64,000 nucleotides of DNA from Candidatus Hodarchaeota archaeon (GCA_048886685.1 JBHLKM010000002.1:103532-167531), one strand, 5' to 3'. Numbered from the stretch's first letter, positions 21,515 through 32,790 are shown. Made by a program: numbers and translations. The notes: generated by a model not told the origin, from the letters alone.

Positions 21515-22318
21515 ATGGATGAGTACGAATTAAAAAAGCTTTTGGATACAAAAGAAAATCTTTTACGCTTAAAAGATGAACAATTACAAACTATGGAAAA
21601 TTCTTTAAATTTAAAGGATGAACAAATAAATACTTTAAAGAATTCATTGAAGATTAAAGATGAAAAAGCTTTAACGCTAGAAAAAACGATTGAGCTTAAA
21701 GATGAAGAAATCAGAAAATTAAATGCAACTTCAATAGATCCAAGTGCTCTAAATGAGAAAGATGAGAAAATTGAGCAACTTGAAAAGGAACTAGAAATAC
21801 TTAATAATGAATTAGCTAAGGCGGATGAAGAATTGGAGAGTTTAGAACTTGAAAATGAGAAATTAAGAAAGGCTGATTCTAGTTCTGCAGATGGAATTAT
21901 CGATTTTACAAATGTGCAAATCACTAAATCTGAAATTCTTGAAAAAATGAGAGAAGTATTACTAAATAATGCAATGGCTAATGTAACGATAATTGTTCCT
22001 AGTATTGAAGATTTACAAGAACTTTATTTGTATGAACTTCGATCATCTGTTGCTATGAATATTGCCTGCTCAATTAATCCTGGAATTGATGAACACTCTG
22101 AGTTGCTTCAGGAATTCGAGTCATTAGATAATATTTCAATCAAAAATTATGAACACGGAGATAGATACGGTGTAATTCGAGATGGAGAAGAATTACTTAT
22201 TGCAGTTATAGGAAGATCGGAAAATAATCATTTGGTGTTCCATACCAAAGACCCGAAGCATATTCGTTTATTAAATTCCTTAATAACAGAATCTTGGATC
22301 CGAAGCAGGAAAGTATAG
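21515..22318 (+). CDS. Coiled-coil protein with TrmB C-terminal/PLD-like domain
   Basis: 14-aa repeats (LKDEQLQTMENSLN-type), then an alpha/beta domain containing VIRDGEELLIA...LITESW. Confidence 0.7.
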   Translation: MDEYELKKLLDTKENLLRLKDEQLQTMENSLNLKDEQINTLKNSLKIKDEKALTLEKTIELKDEEIRKLNATSIDPSALNEKDEKIEQLEKELEILNNELAKADEELESLELENEKLRKADSSSADGIIDFTNVQITKSEILEKMREVLLNNAMANVTIIVPSIEDLQELYLYELRSSVAMNIACSINPGIDEHSELLQEFESLDNISIKNYEHGDRYGVIRDGEELLIAVIGRSENNHLVFHTKDPKHIRLLNSLITESWIRSRKV

Positions 22319-22346
22319 TTATTTCATCTTAATCGTATTGTCCCTT

Positions 22347-23063
22347 CTAAAAGACAGGGCATTCTTCTTTTTCACACTTATCATTTAATTCTGAAAATCT
22401 ACATTTTCTATATGCATATTTCAGTTCAATATTAAAATTTTCTTTTAAGAAATCTAATGATTCACAAATAGAGAGTTTCACCGATCGCTTACAGCAATGT
22501 TCTAAATTATCAGCTATTTTAGCTAATGATCTCGATGTCATTTGATTAGCCAATGTTCTCGGCCCATCTGTAGAAGGCGTTGCTCCTGTGAAGATACTGA
22601 TTGCAACTCCAGATCCCATACCTGCACCACATGATCCATAAAAACCACACCATCCTCCTGGAATCTTTGATGCCCTTCTGATTGCTTCCTTAATATCAAA
22701 TAAAGATATCTCTTCCCCATTAGGTTTTTTGACTCCATTATTCTTAAGTGATGTTAAAATAACTGAAGGTGTTATTACATGGTGTTCAGGACCATACATT
22801 TTAAAATTGGGATGTTTCATTATTAAATCTACTAATTCAAAGGGATCTTTTATATCTGTTTCTTCACAAATCTTTTCAATAATCTCAATTGGACCTTTTA
22901 TATGACAATCATCGCAAATATAATGTCCATCTTCACAATAAACATTAGTGTTAAACTCTTTTTCACAAAATTCGCAATTAAATTTATTGAAATCTTCCAA
23001 TTTTGTCGCGTAGACTAAAACTTTTCCACAAATTTCGCATTTATCGCCTTTTTTTTTTCTCAT
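22347..23063 (-). CDS. DUF5714-like Cys-rich protein
   Basis: CEICG, CEDGHYICDDCH, MYGPEHH, PGGWCGFYGSCGAG, CCKRS, KCEKEECPVF. Confidence 0.8.
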   Translation of the reverse strand: MRKKKGDKCEICGKVLVYATKLEDFNKFNCEFCEKEFNTNVYCEDGHYICDDCHIKGPIEIIEKICEETDIKDPFELVDLIMKHPNFKMYGPEHHVITPSVILTSLKNNGVKKPNGEEISLFDIKEAIRRASKIPGGWCGFYGSCGAGMGSGVAISIFTGATPSTDGPRTLANQMTSRSLAKIADNLEHCCKRSVKLSICESLDFLKENFNIELKYAYRKCRFSELNDKCEKEECPVF

Positions 23064-23083
23064 CTTTAATTAAAACTACTAAG

Positions 23084-23938
23084 TTATTCAATTTCGATAA
23101 AATTCCTTTTCCTTCTAGTATAATGTGCTAATTTATTATATCCTATTTTTTTTAACATTTTTATAGTTTTTTTAAAGTTCCATCCAACATCTCCAGGTTT
23201 ATGAGCATCTGATCCCAATAAAACAGGTATATCGAGAGAATACATCTCCCTTATAATTTCTTCGCTCGGATATTGTTCTTTACAATCTTTTCTCAATCCA
23301 CCAGTGTTAATTTCCATTGTAAAATCTCTATTTTTAACTTGTTCAAGAGTTTTCATCATCTCATTATAAACTACTTCTTTATCAGTAGGAATATCATTGA
23401 ACTTCTTTGGTAGATCAAAATGAGCTAGAATATCAAAATCAAATTTCTCGGATTTTACCATTTTCTGTAAAGATTGGTAGTAGAACATATAAACTTTATC
23501 AACACCATAGTATTCATAGTCATTTCTAAACCGGGAATCATCAAAGCCCCAAGCGCCCTTTCCATTAAAAAAGTTTAAAATGTGGATTGATCCTAAGATA
23601 AAATCTAATCTTTTTTTAATAGGTGTCAGGTGGGTATTTAATGCACTTTCTTGATTTTTAAAATAATCTATTTCAAACCCGATCCTGATGATAATATCTT
23701 CTTCATGTTTCTCTCTTAAATTTTCTGAAGTTGTCAAATATTTTTCAATTTCAGGCAATGTTATTGCGTATTCTTCATAAGGAATTCTTTCAATATCTTC
23801 TAAAAATTCATAAGGAAAATGATCACTCAACCCTATTGTTCTTAATTTGAATTTTATGGCAGCATTGACATATTCCTCGATTTTTCCTTTCGCATGTTTG
23901 CACCCCTCATTGTGAGTGTGCCAGTCTTCATATACCAT
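23084..23938 (-). CDS. hisK: Histidinol-phosphatase, PHP/HisJ family
   Basis: DWHTH, SDH, GFEIDY, GSIH, AHFD, EINT, GSDAH. Confidence 0.85.
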   Translation of the reverse strand: MVYEDWHTHNEGCKHAKGKIEEYVNAAIKFKLRTIGLSDHFPYEFLEDIERIPYEEYAITLPEIEKYLTTSENLREKHEEDIIIRIGFEIDYFKNQESALNTHLTPIKKRLDFILGSIHILNFFNGKGAWGFDDSRFRNDYEYYGVDKVYMFYYQSLQKMVKSEKFDFDILAHFDLPKKFNDIPTDKEVVYNEMMKTLEQVKNRDFTMEINTGGLRKDCKEQYPSEEIIREMYSLDIPVLLGSDAHKPGDVGWNFKKTIKMLKKIGYNKLAHYTRRKRNFIEIE

Positions 23939-23990
23939 TAAATAAAAATAATAATCAAATTAAGATAAAAATAATGATTTAAGCAAAATT

Positions 23991-24776
23991 TTAAAATTTA
24001 ATGCTTTTGAAAACTGTTTGCCAACAATATCCCTTTAAAATTTGGATTCTAGTTAAGGGTGCTTCTATAATGTTAAGGAATTTATATAGCGCTTTGAAAA
24101 GCGTAGTGTTTTTCACAAAATCTCTAAAAAACATTGCAAGAGGGGAGATAAGAAAGTATTCTTTATGTTCAATATTCCCAAAAACTGATTTTACTAATAG
24201 AACATTCGATATATACAAGGGGTGTTCATGAATTGTTCTTTTTTGAGGTGCAAAGAATTTTCTATTTAATTCTACGATTATATTTTTTTTAAGTGGTTCA
24301 ATAAAAGCAATATATCCCTTCCTTTTTAACAATCTTTTACATTCTTTGAAAAATAACTCAATATTAGGTAAATGGTGTACTATTCTAGAACCTACAATTA
24401 TATCAAACGACTCATCTTCAAAATCTGGGATCTGAGCATTCATTTCTTTGAATTCGATTGTTAATTTTTCTTTTTGAGCTTCCTTCTTACATAATTCGAT
24501 TAAATTCTTAGAGAGATCTATTCCTATAACATCCGCACCTTTTTTAGCTAAATAAAATGAGAGTGAGCCTATTCCACATCCAACATCTAAGATTTTTTTA
24601 TTTTTAACATTACCGATAAAATCTTTAAATTTTAAATTTGCCTTTCGAAAGAAGCTTTCGCTCTCTAAATCAAATTCAAACCCACTACTAATGACATTTT
24701 TAGCATAATATTTTTTTTCGTCGTTAAAAATATGTCTGTATTTTGCTAATAATTTCTCACGTTCTTCTAGATTCAT
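23991..24776 (-). CDS. Class I SAM-dependent methyltransferase
   Basis: ILDVGCGIG, GIDLS, FDII...VHHL. Confidence 0.9.
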   Translation of the reverse strand: MNLEEREKLLAKYRHIFNDEKKYYAKNVISSGFEFDLESESFFRKANLKFKDFIGNVKNKKILDVGCGIGSLSFYLAKKGADVIGIDLSKNLIELCKKEAQKEKLTIEFKEMNAQIPDFEDESFDIIVGSRIVHHLPNIELFFKECKRLLKRKGYIAFIEPLKKNIIVELNRKFFAPQKRTIHEHPLYISNVLLVKSVFGNIEHKEYFLISPLAMFFRDFVKNTTLFKALYKFLNIIEAPLTRIQILKGYCWQTVFKSIKF

Positions 24777-24922
24777 TAGTATTTCGTATCAATGTTATTA
24801 TTTTTGTGTATATGAATTTATTATATTATTATCTCGTTTTTAATGAGTAATTTACTTATTAAATATGGTTAAAGATTAAATAAGATTTATATAATTTAAA
24901 AAGAAAAGCATTATTAAGTGAT

Positions 24923-26659
24923 TTGAAGACCCCAGAAGAAATCTATAAAGAAATTTTAAACGATAAAATAAGTCTTGAAAAAGGCATTCAATTATTACTT
25001 TACTCCTACCAAGAGAGTGAAAAAGAAAATACATTAATTGATTTTAAAAGCACTTTAAATAATATTAGCATCAGATTTGAAGAGACGTTTAATATTGTCT
25101 CTAGTATTTTGCGAAATAATAAAAATCCAAAAACAACATTATCAATAGCGAAAATAGTCCTTATAAATTTTCCAGAAAAATGTGAAATTCTCTTAAGAGA
25201 TCAAATACGAAAAGAATCTTCTGTAATATTTCTAACGCAATTTTTAAGATTCTTAACCACTCAAACCACTGAAACATCTAAAAATTTAAGGAATTATATA
25301 ATTAAAAAATATAAAACTATCTATAATATTAATTTAAAAGAATGTGAGTTTTTAATAGATTTAGAAGCTACTCAAATCAATGTCGCAAAAGGACTCGATA
25401 TTAACGCTGGCTATTTTAAAAAATTTGAGACAGATAATATAGATATATTCAAAAAGAACTCTCATTTTAATTATTTTGTAAGAGGTTATCATATTCGGGC
25501 ATTAGATCTTAGTCGTTGGGAGTTTAATGAAATCCCCGAATCAATCAGATTTTTATCAGAATTAGAATATCTAAATTTGTCAAATTTAAGGCTAAAATCT
25601 TTACCTGATTCTATAGAAGATTTATCAAATCTTAAATACCTTAGCTTAAATGGGAATAGTATTGTTAAATCCCCTAATTGGCTTTTTGAATTTTCAAGTA
25701 AACAAAATTCTAAGAAATATTTAAAAGAAGGGGTTATCTCCTCTGATATCAACGCTTTAGCCTTGTTAGAAGTATTCTTAGGTGAGAAATTAGATAAAGT
25801 AGAACAAAATATTGATGTTATCCAATGGGATACAGCCCTAAATTATAAAATAAATGATCTTGGAAATATTATCGGTATATATATCAAAAGTGAAAGCTCT
25901 AAAATTGGCATATTTCCAGAGCAAATTTGCGACCTTAAGTTTCTTGAAGAATTAGAGTTACCCGGCTCTTCCATTAAGTTCCTTCCTAAATGTATAGGAA
26001 ATTTGAGGTCTCTTAGATATTTAAATTTATACTCTAATCGACTTAAATCTGTTCCTATAACAATAATTAATCTGAGAAATCTAGAATATCTTGATCTTGA
26101 TGATAATGATATTTCTGAAAATTCCTTATTAAATTTAAGATGGTATAAAATTGGGCAAAATTATCTAGAAAACGGTGAATTTAAGAATGCGATAATTGAA
26201 TGTGAAGAAACCTTGAAATTTTATCCTAAAAATAAATATGCTTGGTATCATCTTGGTGTTGCTTATATAGAACAAGAAAGATATGATGAAGCAGAAAGTG
26301 CTTTTCAAGCTTTTCTAAAAATTGATGAATCTAATTCATTAGTATGGAGTAATTTAAGTGATGTATACCATGAGAAAGGAGAATACGATAAAGCTATCGA
26401 GGCAATTCAACATGCTATTGATATTGAACCTAATGAAGCTGTTTTGTTTAGCAATCTTGCATTCAACTTCAAAAAATTAGGAAAATATGATGATGCTATT
26501 GAAGCATATTTACAATCTATTGAAATTGATCCGAATAATATATATGTTTGGAGAGATCTTGCATTAATCTATAGAGATAAAGGTGAAATCATGAAAGCAA
26601 TTGATGCCAATGAGCATGCGTTAAAACTCGAACTCAATTCTAATTTGAATAAAAAATAG
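24923..26659 (+). CDS. LRR + TPR repeat protein
   Basis: LxxLxLxxN repeats in two blocks, followed by about 5 TPRs (AWYHLGVAY..., VWSNLSDVY...). Confidence 0.9.
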   Translation: MKTPEEIYKEILNDKISLEKGIQLLLYSYQESEKENTLIDFKSTLNNISIRFEETFNIVSSILRNNKNPKTTLSIAKIVLINFPEKCEILLRDQIRKESSVIFLTQFLRFLTTQTTETSKNLRNYIIKKYKTIYNINLKECEFLIDLEATQINVAKGLDINAGYFKKFETDNIDIFKKNSHFNYFVRGYHIRALDLSRWEFNEIPESIRFLSELEYLNLSNLRLKSLPDSIEDLSNLKYLSLNGNSIVKSPNWLFEFSSKQNSKKYLKEGVISSDINALALLEVFLGEKLDKVEQNIDVIQWDTALNYKINDLGNIIGIYIKSESSKIGIFPEQICDLKFLEELELPGSSIKFLPKCIGNLRSLRYLNLYSNRLKSVPITIINLRNLEYLDLDDNDISENSLLNLRWYKIGQNYLENGEFKNAIIECEETLKFYPKNKYAWYHLGVAYIEQERYDEAESAFQAFLKIDESNSLVWSNLSDVYHEKGEYDKAIEAIQHAIDIEPNEAVLFSNLAFNFKKLGKYDDAIEAYLQSIEIDPNNIYVWRDLALIYRDKGEIMKAIDANEHALKLELNSNLNKK

Positions 26660-26681
26660 AAGGAGCGAGCTCAAGAATTTT

Positions 26682-27335
26682 TCAATAAGTTTGTTCGATA
26701 TAACTTTCTAAATATCGTTTCACTTCATCTGCGGGTTGATATATACCAAAATGCCCTTCACATAAAATATCAGCATTCAAGTTTAAGAGTTTTTGGAGAG
26801 AATTCTGATAATCAGCAAAATTACTAATTCCTGGAATTATTGGACCATGCACATCTTGACCAAAAAGAATTTTAGTATTATTGATAATTATTAGAATCGA
26901 AATCGATCCTGGAGTATGTCCTGGTGTATGAATACATTCAAAATTATACTGTCCAAGCTTTAATGTTTCGTCTCCTTTAAATCTCTTCGTCAATTTTATA
27001 GGTTTATATTTTACACCGTACCATGAAGCTACTGTTTCTCTACCATGACCTTCTTCTTCTATTGCATCAGCATCCAAGTCATGTGCATAAAATTTGACCT
27101 TTTGATTGAATCGCTTGAGCTCCGAGCAAATAGCTATATGATCGATATGGAAATGAGTGAGAATACAATGTTTGATATCCATGGGACTTAATCCTATATT
27201 TTTTATTCTTTTAATCATCCCCAAACTCATTCCACAATCAATTAAAACAAGTCCATCTTCACTATGAGTATCAACTAGAAAAACCGAACACCCAGAATCT
27301 CCTACATGATATACATGTTTAAAAACTTCTTTCAT
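26682..27335 (-). CDS. MBL-fold metallo-hydrolase
   Basis: THFHIDH, HTPGHTPGS, CEGHFG. Confidence 0.9.
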   Translation of the reverse strand: MKEVFKHVYHVGDSGCSVFLVDTHSEDGLVLIDCGMSLGMIKRIKNIGLSPMDIKHCILTHFHIDHIAICSELKRFNQKVKFYAHDLDADAIEEEGHGRETVASWYGVKYKPIKLTKRFKGDETLKLGQYNFECIHTPGHTPGSISILIIINNTKILFGQDVHGPIIPGISNFADYQNSLQKLLNLNADILCEGHFGIYQPADEVKRYLESYIEQTY

Positions 27336-27365
27336 AATCCATCTAATCCTCTTTGATTATTATTC

Positions 27366-28169
27366 TTATTTAAGATATATTTTTTCATATAATAGAATTG
27401 TAATAACTGAAGCCATTCCCGCTGAAAACAAAACATCTGAAGCAAAGTGGGCACCTACTACAATACGAGATAATCCAACAAAAATAGCCCATCCAAGTAC
27501 CATAAATGTCGTTATGATTTTAACTGGTTTTTTCCATTTTTGGTCTTTAATTAATATCAATAAGGGTAAAAACATAAAACTCATTCCAGTATGTCCTGAA
27601 GGAAATGATCTACCGCTTGAAATCGGTCCTGGGGGTAAGAACCATGGAGTATAATCTGTAAAACCAGGAGCTAAATCCTCGAATCTTATTCTCCCAGTCA
27701 AAACTTTAGTAATTTGAATAAATAGTAAAGGATTCAGGATTGCTAAAATTACAATAATCATCGAGATTTTTCGAAAAGGTTCCCAATCTTTATTAAATGT
27801 GAAGATAACAAATAAAATCAGAGATATTGTTATCGATGCGCCATCGTTTATTAAATCTTGGTTAATATAGATTAATCCTAGCAGAAGGAGAACCAATCCT
27901 ATAAATATAATAATGTATGCAGAAATTTTTTGCTTTTTGATATCATTTTCATAGCTTCCAATTAAAACAGATAAAGAAATCGCTATTAATCCATATCCTG
28001 GTGCTTCACCAAATACTTTGCCAAAAATACCCCATGGTGAAGTTTCATCAACTAATGACTTTGAAATCGCTAAATCTGTAAAACCAAAGATTAATGCTAA
28101 AATAACCCAAATGATTATTACAATAAAGAGTAATATAATGACTTTGGATTCTTTAAATTTCTCAAACAT
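27366..28169 (-). CDS. PAP2-family membrane phosphatase
   Basis: K..TGRIR, SFPSGH, SRIVVGAHFASDV. Confidence 0.9.
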   Translation of the reverse strand: MFEKFKESKVIILLFIVIIIWVILALIFGFTDLAISKSLVDETSPWGIFGKVFGEAPGYGLIAISLSVLIGSYENDIKKQKISAYIIIFIGLVLLLLGLIYINQDLINDGASITISLILFVIFTFNKDWEPFRKISMIIVILAILNPLLFIQITKVLTGRIRFEDLAPGFTDYTPWFLPPGPISSGRSFPSGHTGMSFMFLPLLILIKDQKWKKPVKIITTFMVLGWAIFVGLSRIVVGAHFASDVLFSAGMASVITILLYEKIYLK

Positions 28170-28214
28170 CCTTATACCTAAAATTTTTTTTAATAATCCT
28201 AATTATTTATTTTT

Positions 28215-28946
28215 TTATTTATAATAATCTCTTATAAAATTCAAAAGTATATCTGGATAATCGGTATAGACAGCATCTACAATTTCATCATTATATCTCA
28301 ATCTTATGACTCTCTTCATATTTTCTTTTGTATTAATGCCCCATATATAACATTTTAAGCCATTATCTATAATATCTTTAAATATATTTTCAATATTCTT
28401 TTTATATCTTACATTTATCACATCAATATTAAGTTTTCTTAATTTTTCCAGATTTATTGTCTTATCAGAGATTTTATTCACATTCTCCGCCAATGTATAC
28501 ACAAGCTTAGAAAATTTATTCTGTTTCCTTAATAGAGATAACACCAATATTCTTCTATCAGTAATCTCAATATTATCTGAAATATGATAATTATCGGTAA
28601 GGTTTAATAGCTCAATACCAGTTTTTTTATCTGCAATATCAAAACTATACCGTAGTTTATCGGAATCTTGTTTAAAATTCTCATAAACTTCATTTACCAA
28701 AGGAATTTCTCTGTTATCTGTAAATTTAATTGATCTAATCTCCTTTAATGTTAATTTACTCACTATATAAGAGTCAGATCCTATTAAGAAGAATAGATCA
28801 TGGAAACAAATCAATTTATTATCTTTTGTTAATTGTACATCCGCTTCAATTCCAGCACCCATACTTACTGCCTTCTTAAAAGCAGAAATTGTATTTTCAA
28901 TTTCATATGCCGAGGCGCCTCTATGTCCAAAAACATAAGGTTTCAT
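28215..28946 (-). CDS. Glycerophosphodiester phosphodiesterase
   Basis: GHRGAS..ENTISAF, EADVQLTKD..CFHD, YTDYPD. Confidence 0.9.
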   Translation of the reverse strand: MKPYVFGHRGASAYEIENTISAFKKAVSMGAGIEADVQLTKDNKLICFHDLFFLIGSDSYIVSKLTLKEIRSIKFTDNREIPLVNEVYENFKQDSDKLRYSFDIADKKTGIELLNLTDNYHISDNIEITDRRILVLSLLRKQNKFSKLVYTLAENVNKISDKTINLEKLRKLNIDVINVRYKKNIENIFKDIIDNGLKCYIWGINTKENMKRVIRLRYNDEIVDAVYTDYPDILLNFIRDYYK

Positions 28947-29039
28947 TGAATAAACGATAGGAATTTTGAATGTGAGATAAAAAAAATAATTTTTATAGAA
29001 ATTTAAATTAAATATATTACTTTATATTTATTCTCAATA

Positions 29040-29903
29040 TTGATAAGAATGGAAGATAAGAATAAGAAGCCCAATAATAATGAAAAACAACCATTTTCAA
29101 TAAGGATAAAAAATTATATTAAAAACCTATTAGATTTCTCACAGTATGATACAAAAACAATTCTCTATATCATTTTATTTATAGGTTTAATTGCAGCTTC
29201 TCTGGTCTTATTATATTTAATTTTTTTTGTTGATAGCACAATATTATATCGTTTTGTGGTGGAATTTCTTGTAAATCCTGTTTTTAACTTGGGTATTATC
29301 GGTATCTTTCTCTTTATAGTGATTATGGGTATTCAAGGACTTCTTGTTCCTCTCCCTTCTGAAATAGTATTATTAGCGACGGGAATGATTTGGGGGTGGT
29401 TTTTAGGAGGAATAATGGGAATTATTGGTTCCATGGCAGCTGGTTTATTATGTTACTATATTAGTAGGCGTGGTGGGCGACCTTTAGCAGAAAAATTTGT
29501 AGGAAACAAAGCAATTGATATTGCTGATGATTTCATCGGAAAACATGGCATGAAGGCAATAATAATTACAAGATTCATACCCTTTATACCTTTTGATGTG
29601 ATATCTTATACTTCAGGAATAGTAGATATAGATATAAAAAAATATACTATAGGCACTTTGATTGGTTCAATTTTTAGGGCTTTCTTCTATGCTACATTAG
29701 GAGCATTATTATTTATGAGATACAATCTCGATCTTCCACTTGATTTTGATACATTGCCATTGGATGTTATTATTGACCAATCGAATTATTTTAATATTAT
29801 CCTTTTAATTATTTTAGCAGCCTTAGGACTCATGATATTCTTCTATTATATATTGATTAAATCATTAGAAAAAAAAGAAATCAAGAAAGTAAATAAAATT
29901 TGA
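29040..29903 (+). CDS. DedA/TVP38/TMEM64 (VTT domain) membrane protein
   Basis: VPLPSEIVLLATG, YYISRRGGRP, RFIPFIPFDVISY. Confidence 0.9.
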   Translation: MIRMEDKNKKPNNNEKQPFSIRIKNYIKNLLDFSQYDTKTILYIILFIGLIAASLVLLYLIFFVDSTILYRFVVEFLVNPVFNLGIIGIFLFIVIMGIQGLLVPLPSEIVLLATGMIWGWFLGGIMGIIGSMAAGLLCYYISRRGGRPLAEKFVGNKAIDIADDFIGKHGMKAIIITRFIPFIPFDVISYTSGIVDIDIKKYTIGTLIGSIFRAFFYATLGALLFMRYNLDLPLDFDTLPLDVIIDQSNYFNIILLIILAALGLMIFFYYILIKSLEKKEIKKVNKI

Positions 29904-30009
29904 GAAATCGTTTAATTCCTCAATAAATTATAGTAAATCCTCTCTTTGATTACTTGATATTATTGTGATATTATTACTTTTTTTAATAGTCATTTTAATA
30001 TCTTATCAC

Positions 30010-30186
30010 ATGAACGAAAAGGAAAAACCATCACAAGAAGTCTGGTTTAAAGGTCATTTAGAAATCAACTTATCTGAATTTTACAAGGAATTAAACAAAG
30101 CAATAGAACACAATAATTTGCAGTCCATCTATCAACTTTCAAAAATTATTACGAGATATCATTTTAAAAAATTAGATTACAACTAA
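30010..30186 (+). CDS. Small hypothetical protein
   Basis: ATG 30010 (MNEKEKPSQEVWF...) within track ORF 29965-30186; plausible helical protein. Confidence 0.45.
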   Translation: MNEKEKPSQEVWFKGHLEINLSEFYKELNKAIEHNNLQSIYQLSKIITRYHFKKLDYN

Positions 30187-30312
30187 AAATTTTAGAATCA
30201 ATTTTAGCAATTTCTTGTTGTTCGTTTCATTAATATAAAAATTTTGCTATTGAAGAAATTTTATATATCTGAAGACTATTTTTAGCTTAAAGGTATAAGA
30301 TATAATTATTGA

Positions 30313-30585
30313 GTGTTTAGATGTATTATGAATCTTAGCGGAGACTATGAAAAGATTCTAGAGGATAACTTGAAAGATGAGCTAGAATGGCTGGAACAAG
30401 AATTTGAATTTTTGTTTCGACAGAAAAAACTGAAGCGTTGCTATACCAAAGACGACATTTCAATCGGAAACCAAATTTTGGATAATGTAATTGATAATAT
30501 TAAAACTAATAAAAGTGAAGAATTACTCAATTTGTTAGCTATTACTTTAAATAAGATTGAACAAAATTATCCAGAATTTTTTTAA
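30313..30585 (+). CDS. Small helical hypothetical protein
   Basis: 90-aa ORF with amphipathic helices (DELEWLEQEFEFLF). Confidence 0.65.
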   Translation: MFRCIMNLSGDYEKILEDNLKDELEWLEQEFEFLFRQKKLKRCYTKDDISIGNQILDNVIDNIKTNKSEELLNLLAITLNKIEQNYPEFF

Positions 30586-30779
30586 TTGAATTTAAATTTA
30601 CAAATTTAATATTCAATTAATACCCTATCTAATACGTTTGTTGAAGTAACTTCTTTTTCACATTTATTTAGGTTTATTGATTTAGTTAAATTAAAAGTAA
30701 ATTGAGAAACCAAAATTCTTTTAGAACAAGCAGTATATTTAAAAAGAGAGATTTAGTATTATTTATCATATAAACAGAA

Positions 30780-31883
30780 TTGTATTTTGAAATGGAAAGA
30801 ATTATATTAACTCACTGGAACAAACAAACTGGACCAGAACCAATCATACAATATCCTCCTGGAGCACCCTTTCCCCCAAAATCCCTACTCTTAAAGATAT
30901 GGGCTAAACATGAAGCAAAGAAAGAGGGTTCCATGATAGAATTTGCTCCTGAAGACAGTGAAAATAGTTTTATCTCTATCATACAAGAATTTGAAAACGA
31001 AACATATTTCTTAATCTTAGTCTATAAGCAAGAAAACATGATTAATAATAACCATTTAGGACAAGAATCTCCCGATATATTAGCTATTATGAGTAAAAAT
31101 TTAGTAGAATTAATTAATACAAATAAAATTACAAGAGCTGTGTCTGAAGCTTATACTACAATCAAAAATTACTCCAAATTGGATGAAGAAGAAAATTTGA
31201 TAAACTTTTTCCAAGATAAAATAAAAAATACAATCCTACAGATTCTTAGAAATGGGGTAATCTCTAAATCGGGCTTAACTAACAAATTACGGAATGATTA
31301 TGGCTTTTCAACTGTAAACATCGATTTAATCCTTATATCATTCTTACGGGAGAACTTAATAATTAAAGAGAATGTACCGGGAAGTAAAGAATGTTATTTT
31401 TTGATTAATGATCTATCATATGCCAGAATCCCACCTAAAAGTTTACTAACAGATAAAGATGATAGTATTCTTTCAAAAAAATATAAAGATTCACTAGAAA
31501 ATTTCTATTTTAATTATGACATTATATCAGATATAGAAAATAGAACAATAATTCAGACTGTTTTTTTGGATAAGGATGTGTTTTCTTTAATTAAAACTTT
31601 AAGAGAAGGGAGAATTTCTGTAAACGATAGCTTAACTATTTTAAATAATAAGCAAGAACTCTTAAATGAACTTTTAGAGAAAAAATTTATTTTTGAAGCC
31701 AAGGGATTTGTATATCTTTTTTCTGACGTCCGATTTATAAAATTTAAACCTTATTTCATAATCAAAAGATTAATGAAAAGATATAAAAACCAAGATATAT
31801 CTCTAAATGAATATCTAGCTCATTTAAAATTATTAACTGAGCAGATAAAAAGCCCTACTTCTATAGAATATGAAATAATATAA
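30780..31883 (+). CDS. Longin/uDENN-like N-terminal domain protein with winged-helix-like C-terminus
   Basis: IILTHWNKQTGPEPIIQYPP matches the GP..YP start of uDENN/NPRL2-type longins; later ILQILRNGVISKSGL...LRENLI is WH-like. Confidence 0.6.
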   Translation: MYFEMERIILTHWNKQTGPEPIIQYPPGAPFPPKSLLLKIWAKHEAKKEGSMIEFAPEDSENSFISIIQEFENETYFLILVYKQENMINNNHLGQESPDILAIMSKNLVELINTNKITRAVSEAYTTIKNYSKLDEEENLINFFQDKIKNTILQILRNGVISKSGLTNKLRNDYGFSTVNIDLILISFLRENLIIKENVPGSKECYFLINDLSYARIPPKSLLTDKDDSILSKKYKDSLENFYFNYDIISDIENRTIIQTVFLDKDVFSLIKTLREGRISVNDSLTILNNKQELLNELLEKKFIFEAKGFVYLFSDVRFIKFKPYFIIKRLMKRYKNQDISLNEYLAHLKLLTEQIKSPTSIEYEII

Positions 31884-31997
31884 TCAGTATAAATATTCTA
31901 CTTATCTTCTTCAAATTATTTTAAAAGAAATAAAAGTATATATATCCAGAAATCTAATTTTCTAGCATTATTTTATAAATGATTTTCAAAATGAGGA

Positions 31998-32756
31998 ATG
32001 AAAATGGAATTAGTTGATATATTGCAAGGCAGTTTTTCTCTTATTTTTGTAGTCATTTCTTTAATAATAGGATTAACTATTCTCTCGAAATATTTTGAAC
32101 ATAAGAATCGATTGTTTATTTTGGTTGGAATTTCTTGGATGGGCGTAGCCAATCCTTGGATCCCTGACTCGGTCTCATTCTTAATGCAACTCATTGTTCA
32201 GGAATGGCTACCAAGAGGATGGTATTTTATCATTGGAAATGTATTTATCCCTATTGCCCTTTTAACTTGGTTAATCGCATATACAGATATGATTAAAAGA
32301 AAAGCACAAAAGAAAGTAATATTAATTACAATTATTCTTTCAATAATATTTGAACTTATATTCTTTCTTCTGTTCTTTGCAGATTTGGATTTAATAGGTG
32401 AAATTAATCCCGAAAGACCTTTTACTGTTGATTTTGGAATTTTTATAACTATCTATTTAATGGTGGTTATTTTAGTTATGGTAATAACGGGGGTAAACTT
32501 CGCCCAAAAATCAGTTAAATCAGATGATCGAGAAGTAAGGCTAAAGGGAAAATTACTCCGTGCTGCTTTCTCTACTTTTACCGTGGCTGCTATATTTGAT
32601 TCTATACTTGGAGCAATATTCGAGGATCCTACTGATCCACTTCTAGCGATTATGGTTGTAATTGTCCGCATATTGCTAATTTTTAGTGCATTAGAGTTCT
32701 ATGGGGGTTTTCTTCTCCCTAGATGGATGAAAGAGATTTTTACCAAGAAGGAATGA
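31998..32756 (+). CDS. Seven-transmembrane protein
   Basis: Seven hydrophobic segments; basic loop KSVKSDDREVRLKGK between TM5 and TM6. Confidence 0.8.
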   Translation: MKMELVDILQGSFSLIFVVISLIIGLTILSKYFEHKNRLFILVGISWMGVANPWIPDSVSFLMQLIVQEWLPRGWYFIIGNVFIPIALLTWLIAYTDMIKRKAQKKVILITIILSIIFELIFFLLFFADLDLIGEINPERPFTVDFGIFITIYLMVVILVMVITGVNFAQKSVKSDDREVRLKGKLLRAAFSTFTVAAIFDSILGAIFEDPTDPLLAIMVVIVRILLIFSALEFYGGFLLPRWMKEIFTKKE

Positions 32757-32790
32757 TATCTCTTTATTCCTTTTTTTAATAATCATTGAG

